NCBI GenBank assembly: GCA_964537315.1
Contig: CAZIAP010000001.1
Coordinates: 314,888 to 378,887 of the forward strand
Direction: 5' to 3'
DNA length: 64,000 nt
Source of the DNA: an uncultured Gammaproteobacteria bacterium
GTDB taxonomy: Bacteria > Patescibacteriota > Microgenomatia > Levybacterales > GWA1-39-11
Below the pieces are notes generated by a model, which ran no database searches, was not told where the DNA came from, and was given only the letters and a program-made list of their open reading frames with translations. The translations under genes and the position numbers were made by a program. Each line of letters starts with the position of its first letter. Position 1 is the stretch's first letter. This document shows, piece after piece, positions 39,638 through 49,010 of the stretch.

Positions 39638-41294
39638 ATTTTTTCCTTACAACCTGAGATACGATGATCAGTACGGACGCAATTATGCTTACTAGGGTAA
39701 CTCCATTTGCAACTGCCCGCAGAGGAGTCTCTGAAAACTGAGCAGTTACTGTATGATTTCCAGAGGGAACCAATACATCCATAACTCCCTGACTATTGTC
39801 ATAGGAAAACTCAGCGACTGACCCGTCTACTGTTACCTCCCAACCGGGATAATAGATTGTGTTCATGCGTATAACTGTATCTGTTTGCGCGTTTATTAAT
39901 ACCTCAATTTTGTTTGACTGAATTTTGGCAACTTCTATACCAGCTTCTCCTGAGGCAACCTCTATCTTCTGTTCCGGACTTTTGACAGGAAGGTCTGAAA
40001 CCCATAGAGGCGTGTATTCTTGAGAAGATGTAGTTGTCGCAGCATTTGTTACATAAAAGTTGTCATCCCGATCAAGATATTCACTTGGATGTGCATACTG
40101 CAGCACCATACCGACTGACAAGAAAGCAAGAATAAGAGTAAAGTTTCTCATACGATAATTCTGAGAAGCTGCAAAACCAATGACTAGTGAGATCAGAAAT
40201 CCAACTGGGGCAATCAATGTCCAGGGATAGTTTATTTCGGATAGCAATGGAACATGCTCCCAAACAAATGACGAAAACTCAAACATCAATAACAGTGAAA
40301 TCACAGCCATGCCAATAGATGTTAAAGCGATGTATGTCTTTATGTTTCTTTTTTTAGCGTGCATAAACGCATACACCAAGAAATATATACTTAACAGAAA
40401 TCCTATAACGTGTGCCACTCCAATATGATAGGTAAATGAGTCTTGAGAGTCTGTTGGAACCCCGAAACCCCAGGAAGGAAGTAATAGCTGGTTAAGTGAA
40501 ACGAAATAAAGTCCTCGATCAGCTATCGGAACCACAGATAGCAATATGAGACTTTTTTCTGCAATTGCAGGTAGCCAAAAAAACGCAGAAATTCCAACTC
40601 CTAAAATTAGGGATAACAGTACATATAATATACTTTTTTTATCAGTTTTTAACGCGATAACTGATGTAAAAACAAAGAATATCGGTACGAAAAGCAGAGA
40701 CATTATATTATGTGTAGGTATTAATAATCCGAGTAATATTCCTGACAGTGTGGAAAAAATTAATGATTTTTTCTGTACCGCACTATATCCAGTCAAAAAA
40801 AGTAATGGAATAATTGCCAGTGCCATTACTTCTCCCAGTGAGCCTCTGACATATAAATCAACCATTCTATATGGTAGAAACAAAAATAAGATTGCCGATA
40901 CAAATCCTGCTGATGTACTTTTCCAAACCCTGCTGGAAAGAAAATACATTCCAATTATAGAAACCACCGTACTGAGGACAAATAGAAGTTTTATGCTGTT
41001 CAAAAAACCAAACTTTAAAAATACTGGAACCATTCCGATGTAATAAGGCAAAGGATAGGCAAAATTGAATAACGGATATCCGTATTGATTATTTAGATAA
41101 CCACTATATCTGGCGGGAAACTGTCCATCTCTTAGAGTCCGAAACATATCAGCAAGTCTTACTACAGTCCATTCACCATCGTGTGTAGGAAAAAAACCAT
41201 CTTTGAAAAAAGGTAGTAGTACAAGAATGGACAAGATAGCCAGAGACACTACAGGAATAATATCTCGATGTTTTTTAAAAATTTCTTTGATCAT
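39624..41294 (-). CDS. PTPS-related/YfhO-like GT-C membrane protein (paralog)
   Basis: THDG, QFPAR, YGYPLFNF, YVRG, THN, YPW, YYPGW. Confidence 0.85.
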   Translation of the reverse strand: MIKEIFKKHRDIIPVVSLAILSILVLLPFFKDGFFPTHDGEWTVVRLADMFRTLRDGQFPARYSGYLNNQYGYPLFNFAYPLPYYIGMVPVFLKFGFLNSIKLLFVLSTVVSIIGMYFLSSRVWKSTSAGFVSAILFLFLPYRMVDLYVRGSLGEVMALAIIPLLFLTGYSAVQKKSLIFSTLSGILLGLLIPTHNIMSLLFVPIFFVFTSVIALKTDKKSILYVLLSLILGVGISAFFWLPAIAEKSLILLSVVPIADRGLYFVSLNQLLLPSWGFGVPTDSQDSFTYHIGVAHVIGFLLSIYFLVYAFMHAKKRNIKTYIALTSIGMAVISLLLMFEFSSFVWEHVPLLSEINYPWTLIAPVGFLISLVIGFAASQNYRMRNFTLILAFLSVGMVLQYAHPSEYLDRDDNFYVTNAATTTSSQEYTPLWVSDLPVKSPEQKIEVASGEAGIEVAKIQSNKIEVLINAQTDTVIRMNTIYYPGWEVTVDGSVAEFSYDNSQGVMDVLVPSGNHTVTAQFSETPLRAVANGVTLVSIIASVLIIVSQVVRKKYAKT

Positions 41295-42781
41295 TGCTGC
41301 AGTTCAGTTAGCAAGAGTGGGTACTCCCCACTCGGTTTTTCAATTTTTTTTATGAGATTAAGTGGTAATTTTTCAGGAATTTCACTGTGTTCTTTAAGAA
41401 TGATTATGACCCTGCTACTTTCTTGTGCAGCAAGTATCTCGTCGTCTATAGAATCTAATGGCCACTTCGGTAGTATAGTAATTCTCGGATCATCCCAATA
41501 CTCTAACTGGAACGCGTATGGATATAGCCCAAATGTTCCCTGGGTAACAAGGGTTACGTGCTGTCCTTGAGAGATCTGATCATTTATGAAATTGTATGCC
41601 TGGTCCAGTCCATATCCTGATGGGTGAGTTCCGACCAATTGATCATAATCTGTTTGCGGCAGTGAGGCTTTTTCAGGAGAGGTCAGAAGATAGTAATCCA
41701 TGCGCAATAACGGAAATATTAATACAAGCACAGCAATGCCCACAACCCAAAATTTTTTACCTGCGTAAGTAAATGCTTGAAATATAATGTACCCAAGCGC
41801 GATCAGGAAATACGGAACTGTAAAAAGCATGTAGCGGGGAAATATTTCTCTACCGACTGTAGCCAATGCTATTATGGGAACGATCCATAACGCTACTAAT
41901 AAAACACCGATCCTAAAATGCCTGTATACTAAAGCAATAAAACCAATCAACCCAATTAATAAAATAGGCAAAGTATAGTATCCGTGAATCCAACTAATGA
42001 AACCCTGCATATTGCCGATTGTCAAAGCAAACGGATTTCTCAGCAGCTCTTCTACGGGTTGTTGAAACTGAGCATTTTTTATTCCTGCCATAAAATACAC
42101 ACTAGATACCCGCTGTAAATTGTTAATTATTTCGGCAACCACAACAGCCAATAACCCTAAACCCACAACTTTTTTCCAGTGTTTTTTAATTTTTTCAAAA
42201 GAAAACATAAGGTAACCTAATGGCAGGAGTCCCATAAATAAAATAGCTGTTGGCTTCGAAAGAAATGCTAGTCCAAGTGAAAAACCCCAAAGTAGAGCGT
42301 ATTTTACAGACAAAGTTTTTGCAGTCTTAATTGCAAAATAAGCAGAAGATAGTAAAGTTGCTTGAAGTAATGGATCAAATAAGGCCATTCTATCGTACAA
42401 AAGCGCAAATGGGAAAATAATATACAGAAGTGTCGTTACTATAGCTACTTTAACGTCTTCAAAAAGTAACTCTGTGAGTTTGAAAATTGCAACCACACTC
42501 ACTGCACCGGCAATGACAGCAGAAAGACGTCCTGCAATCAAATACCATCCATCAGGAAGAACTGTTAAAAAAAATGCAGTCATCCAGACAAGTAAAGGCG
42601 GCTTTCCATCAGTGAGCGAAATAAACCATTGAGAGTGTGTTGACTCAATAATTTTTGCCCAATATATGTAAATTGATTCATCAGTAAATATAGGAAGTAC
42701 TGTTAAGTTGACTAGACGGGTAGTACCATAAAATAATAATAGAAGAATCAGTATGGAATGGGACTTTGCAAACTTTCGCAT
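41291..42781 (-). CDS. ArnT/PMT-family GT-C glycosyltransferase
   Basis: FTDESIY, GKPPL, YDRMALFD, LSKPT, PRY; TATAAT 6 nt before ATG 42781. Confidence 0.87.
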   Translation of the reverse strand: MRKFAKSHSILILLLLFYGTTRLVNLTVLPIFTDESIYIYWAKIIESTHSQWFISLTDGKPPLLVWMTAFFLTVLPDGWYLIAGRLSAVIAGAVSVVAIFKLTELLFEDVKVAIVTTLLYIIFPFALLYDRMALFDPLLQATLLSSAYFAIKTAKTLSVKYALLWGFSLGLAFLSKPTAILFMGLLPLGYLMFSFEKIKKHWKKVVGLGLLAVVVAEIINNLQRVSSVYFMAGIKNAQFQQPVEELLRNPFALTIGNMQGFISWIHGYYTLPILLIGLIGFIALVYRHFRIGVLLVALWIVPIIALATVGREIFPRYMLFTVPYFLIALGYIIFQAFTYAGKKFWVVGIAVLVLIFPLLRMDYYLLTSPEKASLPQTDYDQLVGTHPSGYGLDQAYNFINDQISQGQHVTLVTQGTFGLYPYAFQLEYWDDPRITILPKWPLDSIDDEILAAQESSRVIIILKEHSEIPEKLPLNLIKKIEKPSGEYPLLLTELQQ

Positions 42782-42788
42782 TAATGTA

Positions 42789-43958
42789 TTATACCTCACT
42801 TCGCTTTATGATTGGTCTTAAAAGATAGTATAAAAATATAATGCCTGAAATCGCTACCGCAATTATTAGTCCTGTACGGAGAATGGTAGGAATCGGTGCG
42901 TCCCAGTTTCCTATGTATAAATAAGGAACGTAATGTAATAAGGCAAATAGCGAAAGGATACCAAGTGGGACTGATATATATTTTTTATATGAGATCAGCG
43001 CACCAATAATAAACATAAATGACAAATACCATGGTTGAAAGTTACCGCTGTTTATAGAGGCTGCTACAACTGCAGCTGCCATACTGACAACTCCAATCAT
43101 TACTCCAGTTTCCCACTGCTTTGGACGAGCTAGCAAAAATAATGCCATAGGAGCTAAAAAACCCGAAGCATACTTAACACCAACAGAAAGCACGGCTAAA
43201 GGAAAGGCAAGTATTTTTTTACCAGCCACGAATAAATACATCGCTAGTACTGCCAGAAACATCATAACAATATCGTTATGTCCTGATACCAAAAACTCAA
43301 TTATCATCAATGGATTTAGAGCAAAAAAAGCAGCTGAAAATAACGCGTATTCTTTTTTCTTCATATAAACAATTTTATAAATTCCCCATGCAGTACCTAA
43401 GTAAGCAAATACTGCCAGTAACTTAAATAAGTAAAACGTAGGAAGAAAGTACTGCATGCCTATGTAGGAAAACGGTACAGTTATAGCAAGCCAGACAGGT
43501 CCGTATGGATATGTTCTATGAGTCCATTGCATAAATGAAAGCATTGGATCTCCGGTGAAGTCCAGTGCGCGAAACATATAAGGGTTTTTCTGGTACGCAG
43601 TGAAAATTTTTGCATCAAAAATATAGTTAAAGATATCGTGAGAAAATGCGTTATAAGAAAAAAGTAAAATACCGCAAACCGCAACTAATATATATTTGAA
43701 GTTCCTTGCCGAAATTTTCTTTGCGCGTATATGCTTTAGCGTTAGAAGATACAGCAAAGACAATACTAGCATTAAAATAATATACAGAGATGTAGATAAA
43801 GGTCGATTAAAGTATCCGATGTACTGAAATAATTTCTGTATATCTTGCCAAACCGATGCCTGAGTAAGTGTGAGACTAAGGCTAACCTGAGTAAATGAGT
43901 ATAAGGTTAGAACACCAGCTGCCAAAATCCAAAGAGGGAGAAGGAGTCGCTTAATCAT
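42789..43958 (-). CDS. GT87/MptB-like GT-C mannosyltransferase-like protein
   Basis: SHDIFNYIFD, NPY, YPYGP.W, LNPL..E....GHND, QPWY. Confidence 0.85.
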   Translation of the reverse strand: MIKRLLLPLWILAAGVLTLYSFTQVSLSLTLTQASVWQDIQKLFQYIGYFNRPLSTSLYIILMLVLSLLYLLTLKHIRAKKISARNFKYILVAVCGILLFSYNAFSHDIFNYIFDAKIFTAYQKNPYMFRALDFTGDPMLSFMQWTHRTYPYGPVWLAITVPFSYIGMQYFLPTFYLFKLLAVFAYLGTAWGIYKIVYMKKKEYALFSAAFFALNPLMIIEFLVSGHNDIVMMFLAVLAMYLFVAGKKILAFPLAVLSVGVKYASGFLAPMALFLLARPKQWETGVMIGVVSMAAAVVAASINSGNFQPWYLSFMFIIGALISYKKYISVPLGILSLFALLHYVPYLYIGNWDAPIPTILRTGLIIAVAISGIIFLYYLLRPIIKRSEV

Positions 43959-44021
43959 AGTTATAATAAGTTCATAGATTACAGATATATTAATTACTTA
44001 TTAACGGGTTAAAGAATTAAA

Positions 44022-44774
44022 TTAATTATAAATGCCCTTACTAATATTGTATCTGATTTTCAGCAGGTCCTTAACTCCGTTTATTGAATCGTTTATTGGG
44101 TTTACCCTCCTAGTTTCAACGTAAAGCCAGCGAACAGGGACTTCTTTGATAGAGTAATTTGCTTTTTTTGAAAGGTACAAAAGCTCTACATCAAAACCTG
44201 AGGTAACTGCAGACCCTTTTATCTCTTTAAATCCATTGTGTACTTTCTTTATTTTTGTGAATATGTCTTTAGCAGCTTTCTTTTTAAAAACTTTGAAACC
44301 ACACTGAGTATCTTCAATTTCAGGCAACCCCACTAATATTTTTCGAAGAAGTATAGCACTACGAGACATGATTTTTCTGGAAAGAGGTGCTCCTTTTCTT
44401 TCACTTCGCGAACCTATTACAATATCACTTCCTTCTTTTAGGTGATCAATCATTTTTTTAATCTCTTCAATCGGAGTAGCCTGATCCATATCAGTGAACA
44501 AAATATAATCACCTGATGCAGCAAGCATTCCGGCAGTTACTGCACCTGCTTTTCCGGTGTGATTATTTTCAATCAATTTAAATGGCTTGTTTGCGCTAGT
44601 AAACTTTTTAACAAATTCACGACTTCCGTCATTGGATCCGTCATCAACTACAATAACCTCATAAACATAAGATTGTTCATCCAGATATCTTTTAACCTTA
44701 TCTAGTGTTCCTTTCTGAAGATTGGCCATTTCGTTGTATGATGGGATCACTACCGATAAAGATATTTTTTGCAT
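44022..44774 (-). CDS. GT2 polyprenyl-phosphate glucosyltransferase (ALG5-like)
   Basis: GKAGAV, FTDMDQATP, DTQCGFK, FDVELL, EVPVRW. Confidence 0.9.
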   Translation of the reverse strand: MQKISLSVVIPSYNEMANLQKGTLDKVKRYLDEQSYVYEVIVVDDGSNDGSREFVKKFTSANKPFKLIENNHTGKAGAVTAGMLAASGDYILFTDMDQATPIEEIKKMIDHLKEGSDIVIGSRSERKGAPLSRKIMSRSAILLRKILVGLPEIEDTQCGFKVFKKKAAKDIFTKIKKVHNGFKEIKGSAVTSGFDVELLYLSKKANYSIKEVPVRWLYVETRRVNPINDSINGVKDLLKIRYNISKGIYN

Positions 44775-44853
44775 ATGACTGCTTTATTATACAAAATTCA
44801 TTAGAGGATTGAATATACTTATTGTTAGTAGAAGCTGTTCATGATAATTAGCT

Positions 44854-45831
44854 TTACTCACTGAGCAGGTTTGCAGATGCGTAGTGATCATTGACCGGTT
44901 CATAAAGCACTTTATTTTCGAAAAGAACTTTTTCAGCGCAATTTGTTATAGCTGACTGATCGATCCGTTTTATTAAATTAGACAGAACCTCACCCGGACC
45001 TACTTCAATAAATAAATCCGCTCCTTTTTCTCTGATATACTTTATACTCTCTGTCCACCTAACGCTTCCTGTCATTTGATTTGCGAGTGATCTTCTAATT
45101 TCTTCTGCTGTAAATACAAGGTCCGCGCTAACATTTGCAACTACATCAATATCTGATTCCATAAAATCTGTTTTATCTAATTCAGGTATCATCTTTTCTT
45201 TTGCTGGTTCCATAAGCACGCAGTGTGACGCAATACTTATAGGAAGTACAACTGCCTTTCCTTGTTTTTCTTTAACCCTTGATACCGCAAACAAAACATT
45301 TTCTGATTCTCCTGATATCACATGCTGCTCGGGCGAATTATAGTTTGCGATGCTCACCAAAGTCTCTTCGCAAATTTCTTGCACTTGCTCAACACTAAGT
45401 TTGAGGATTGCAGCCATTTTACCTGGATTTATTTCGCCTGCTTCTTCCATGTACTCCCCCCTTGCTTTTACTAAACGTAAAGCTTGTTCAAAACTGAGCT
45501 TATTTGCAGCTACCAACGCTGAATATTCCCCCATACTATGCCCTGCCACTATATCAGGGTAAACATCTTGATGATTCAACATCCTTAAAGCAGATATACT
45601 TGTTATAAGAAGTGCTGGCTGAGTGATACGAGTAAAGTTTAGTAACTTGTTAGGATCTTTAAAGCAAATTTCTGAGTAATCTACTTGCAGTAAATCACTC
45701 GCTTCTTCAAATGTTCTTTTAGCGATCTTTGAGAGTTGAGGGTCGGGGTGATTTACGAGGTTTTCACCCATACCAATTTTTTGGCTACCCTGTCCAGGAA
45801 ATACAAATGCTCGCAATCTCTCTTTCGACAT
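44854..45831 (-). CDS. fabD: Malonyl-CoA:ACP transacylase
   Basis: FPGQGSQ, TQPA, AGHSMGEYSAL, ANYNSPEQ, SH, VRW, EVGPG. Confidence 0.93.
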   Translation of the reverse strand: MSKERLRAFVFPGQGSQKIGMGENLVNHPDPQLSKIAKRTFEEASDLLQVDYSEICFKDPNKLLNFTRITQPALLITSISALRMLNHQDVYPDIVAGHSMGEYSALVAANKLSFEQALRLVKARGEYMEEAGEINPGKMAAILKLSVEQVQEICEETLVSIANYNSPEQHVISGESENVLFAVSRVKEKQGKAVVLPISIASHCVLMEPAKEKMIPELDKTDFMESDIDVVANVSADLVFTAEEIRRSLANQMTGSVRWTESIKYIREKGADLFIEVGPGEVLSNLIKRIDQSAITNCAEKVLFENKVLYEPVNDHYASANLLSE

Positions 45832-45895
45832 ACCGTGTAGTTATCTGAATAATGTCAAAAATATTATAAAATGTCAAAGTATATATTTATAAATA

Positions 45896-46465
45896 ATGAA
45901 ATTGATACTAGGTTCCCAATCTATCGGACGAAGACAAGTGCTTGAAAAGGCTGGCTATAAATTTACTGTGATTCCAGCAGACATAGACGAAAAGAAAATC
46001 CGATCTGATGATTATAGAGAACTTCCTTTACTATTAGCTCAAGCAAAGGCAAAAATTTTAGTAGATCAAATAAAAGAAGATGCTTTACTGATTACATCAG
46101 ATCAAGTAGCAGTGTGTAATGAAGAACTAAGAGAAAAACCTGAAAATATTCAGCAAGCAAGAGAATATTTAGAAACCTCCAGCAAATTCCCTATTCATAC
46201 ATATACTGCTGTAGTCGTTACAAATCTAAAAACTAAAAAACAAGCAGAAGGACTTGATATCGTTACAGTAAACTTTCATCCAATTCCAGATAGTGTAATA
46301 GATAAGCTTCTTGATGAGGGTAAAGTACTAAATGCTGCTGGTGGAATAATTGTGGAACATCCCCTGATTAAACCGTATATAAAAAGTATTTCAGGTGATA
46401 TAGACAGCGTAACCGGACTCCCTCTAAAATTAACAGAAAAACTAATTAATTCAGTTAAATCTTAG
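45896..46465 (+). CDS. maf: Maf family nucleotide pyrophosphatase
   Basis: LILGSQS..R, IDE, LA.AKA, ITSDQ, EKP, GLP. Confidence 0.9.
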   Translation: MKLILGSQSIGRRQVLEKAGYKFTVIPADIDEKKIRSDDYRELPLLLAQAKAKILVDQIKEDALLITSDQVAVCNEELREKPENIQQAREYLETSSKFPIHTYTAVVVTNLKTKKQAEGLDIVTVNFHPIPDSVIDKLLDEGKVLNAAGGIIVEHPLIKPYIKSISGDIDSVTGLPLKLTEKLINSVKS

Positions 46466-46796
46466 GAGTAACTTTGCGTTTTTTTATTTTCTCAATTGTA
46501 TACTGTATGCGCTTATCTAAATCAATCTCTTTAATATGCGCAAAACGGATAATGGTTACTAAAATATCCCCGAGCTCCTGTTCGTATGTTTCGTCATTTT
46601 GAGCTGCAAGATTTGAACTTTTTCGACCATGTTTTGCCAGATATGCTCTGGCCATCTCACCAACTTCTTCTACTAATGATAGAATAAGTATTGATCCAAA
46701 CTCTTTTGAGTTTTTTAGATCACTGTCTACCTTATCTAACTGTTTGAAGTACTTACCAAAAGGCGAATCAAATTTTTTCTTATTTTGTTTTTCCAT
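46455..46796 (-). CDS. MazG-like NTP pyrophosphohydrolase
   Basis: LVEEVGEMA ... QELGDIL motif. Confidence 0.85.
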   Translation of the reverse strand: MEKQNKKKFDSPFGKYFKQLDKVDSDLKNSKEFGSILILSLVEEVGEMARAYLAKHGRKSSNLAAQNDETYEQELGDILVTIIRFAHIKEIDLDKRIQYTIEKIKKRKVTPKI

Positions 46797-46954
46797 AATA
46801 ATTTCTCGACGCAAATATGCGGATTGAAACCATAAAACTGCTTAAATTTTAACGTAGAATGTGAATCGAATCAAAGACACGTATAAATAGGCAGGTGTCT
46901 TTATCTTTAGAGTTCAAAAATTCTCGAATATAAGCAGATGTATGATCACAATCT

Positions 46955-46984
46955 GCCGCGGAATATATGTATTATATGCTAACT
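46955..46984. other. Possible dif/Xer-like site
   Basis: gccgcggaata tatgtatt atatgctaact loosely resembles GGTGCGCATAA-N-TTATGTTAAAT. Confidence 0.3.
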
Positions 46985-47034
46985 TACGCGATTTGTCAAT
47001 ACTAGAGGATAATCCTCCAATTGGCGGAAAATAC

Positions 47035-47083
47035 CAAGTATTCAGTATGAAGTATCAAATATCAGGTATTAAGCATTAAGTAG
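47035..47083. repeat. Heptamer array (GTA type)
   Basis: caagtat tcagtat gaagtat caaatat caggtat taagcat taagtag. Confidence 0.8.
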
Positions 47084-47117
47084 AGAGTCTGCAGATATCA
47101 AGCTATACTGTGTACCA

Positions 47118-47196
47118 ATATGTCAAGAACCGATCTTGACATATATATACATTTAGAAGCTAGAAATCAATATGTGTCAAGAACCGATCTAGACAC
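47118..47196. repeat. Two copies of a REP-like palindrome
   Basis: atatgtcaaga-accga-tcttgacatat (47118-47144) and gtgtcaaga-accga-tctagacac (47174-47196). Confidence 0.8.
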
Positions 47197-47205
47197 TTTT
47201 ACTTC

Positions 47206-47259
47206 AAACCGTAAACTGTTAGCGAAGAGCTACCAACTATGAACTCTTAACTATTAACT
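47206..47259. repeat. Heptamer array (AAC type)
   Basis: aaaccgt aaactgt tagcgaa gagctac caactat gaactct taactat taact. Confidence 0.7.
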
Positions 47260-47864
47260 AAATATCCAACGATATCTCTTATTTCCTGCTCGGTAACTCC
47301 GTGTCCTGAATCGTATTCTTTGATAGTGCACTCTACACCAAGCCTTTCAAGCGTATCAACTACTTTTTTACTTTCTGAAGGTGAAATCATATGATCCTGA
47401 AGTCCGATACTCACAAATGCACGAGTGTCACTATATTTCTGATTGAATTCAGGCTCAAACGGAAGCATAGGATGTAATAGAACTAGATTTTTCATTAATT
47501 GTGGGTAGTAAAATAGCATCGCACAAAGCATATTTGCGCCATTTGAGTATCCTAAAAAAGTCAAATCTTCTGATGAAACTTTATGTTTTTCCATCCAAGA
47601 ACGTATAAATGTTCCTAACTTTCCTGCCTCTTCTTTAATATTCTCCTGATCAAAAACTCCGAATGATATTCTTCTGAAAAACCGATTCATCCCTTTTTCT
47701 TGAACATTTCCCCTCAAGCCTACTAGATTATATTTTTTGTCTAAAAACTCATCTAAAAATAATAAGTCATGCTCATCTCCGCCAGTTCCATGAAGTAAAA
47801 ATAGCGTTTTTTTCGCTCCATTATCTATTTGTGAGTATTTAAAGGTTCCTAAACTTTCTTCCAT
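47247..47864 (-). CDS. Phospholipase/carboxylesterase (MhqD-like alpha/beta hydrolase)
   Basis: LLHGTGG, RFFRR, GYSNGAN nucleophile elbow, catalytic D and GH. Confidence 0.9.
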   Translation of the reverse strand: MEESLGTFKYSQIDNGAKKTLFLLHGTGGDEHDLLFLDEFLDKKYNLVGLRGNVQEKGMNRFFRRISFGVFDQENIKEEAGKLGTFIRSWMEKHKVSSEDLTFLGYSNGANMLCAMLFYYPQLMKNLVLLHPMLPFEPEFNQKYSDTRAFVSIGLQDHMISPSESKKVVDTLERLGVECTIKEYDSGHGVTEQEIRDIVGYLVNS

Positions 47865-47871
47865 AGTAAAA

Positions 47872-48813
47872 TTAATCTGATGAAATCTTAGGCAAATTAG
47901 CCTCAATCATCTCCCGTTCCGGTTCAAGAAACGGAGGTAGTGCAAGCTTTTTACCAAGATCTCCTTCTTTTTCATCTGCTGTAAAGCCAGGTCCATCAGT
48001 CGCGATTTCAAACAGAATTCCAGCAGGAGTTCTAAAATACACTGATTTAAAATAGAAGCGATCTATTACTTCGGTTGGGTACAACCCGAGGCTAGCAACT
48101 TTATCTCGCATTTTTTGTTGTTCTTCTTCATCACGAGCCCGAAAAGCTATATGGTGTACAGTTCCAGCTGCGTTATATCCCACCTCTTCGGAAGGTAGCT
48201 CGTGCACTTCCAAAAAATTAGCTCGCTTTGAGCCCGGTACGGCAAAAAGATGAATGTGATCATCTACATCCACTTTTTCATAGTTAAAAACGTGGTTCAG
48301 AATTGGCTCGACTGTGGCAAAACTTATTACTGACAAAGAAGCAGAGTAAAAGCTGCGAACTGCATTTTCTTTTGTTACCTCATCAGTAACCCACACATCA
48401 GAATCTTTGTCTAATTCCATCTTGGGTACTCCTACCAGCTCTAATTGCTGATCATCATTATCGTAAAAGAGGATTCTTTTTCTACCGAATCTTTCGATAA
48501 TCTGTTCATGTTTTACAGACAAAGATTCAAATCTTGCTTTCCAAAACTCCAGTGAATCTTCTGGAACTGTCAATGAAATATTTGTAACTAATCCATTACC
48601 TCGCCTACCCTGAACTGATGGCTGAAAAATGAAAAATGTGAGATCCATGCCTGGATGTCCTAGCTTGTCTCCAAAAAAAAGATGATAAGTTTCTACGTCA
48701 TCTTGATTTACAGTTTTTTTCACAAGTCGTAAGCCAACAGTTTTAGTATAAAAATCTATATTTTCCTGTGCGTTTGAAGCAATTGCAGTAATATGATGGA
48801 TCCCACTAGTCAT
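47872..48813 (-). CDS. Ring-cleaving dioxygenase, VOC family (MhqA/MhqO-like)
   Basis: GIHHITAI, VKKTVNQDD, YHLFF, GTVHHIAFR, DRFYFKSVYFR, FEIATDGPGF. Confidence 0.93.
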   Translation of the reverse strand: MTSGIHHITAIASNAQENIDFYTKTVGLRLVKKTVNQDDVETYHLFFGDKLGHPGMDLTFFIFQPSVQGRRGNGLVTNISLTVPEDSLEFWKARFESLSVKHEQIIERFGRKRILFYDNDDQQLELVGVPKMELDKDSDVWVTDEVTKENAVRSFYSASLSVISFATVEPILNHVFNYEKVDVDDHIHLFAVPGSKRANFLEVHELPSEEVGYNAAGTVHHIAFRARDEEEQQKMRDKVASLGLYPTEVIDRFYFKSVYFRTPAGILFEIATDGPGFTADEKEGDLGKKLALPPFLEPEREMIEANLPKISSD

Positions 48814-48901
48814 GTAGACATTCTACCACGAAATTATCACTTCTCATGATATAAAGATGTAAGATTATTGTTCAAGTCATGTTGACCGAACAGAATATCG
48901 T

Positions 48902-49000
48902 TATCAAAGGTTGAACCTTTATTAGTAATTTTTCATGCCTAGTCAAGGTTGATCCTTTATAAGTGATTTCTCGTGCTTAACAGAGGTTCAACCTTTGATA
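48902..49000. repeat. REP/REPIN-like cluster (AGGTTGAACCT core)
   Basis: Three palindromic cores at about 38-nt spacing; perfect 17-bp outer inverted repeat tatcaaaggttgaacct / aggttcaacctttgata. Confidence 0.8.
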
Positions 49001-49010
49001 TAAACCCTTG

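Noticed and set aside
48902-49000. Mini CRISPR array
   Set aside because: Cores are short, one is inverted, the spacers resemble each other, and there are no cas genes.
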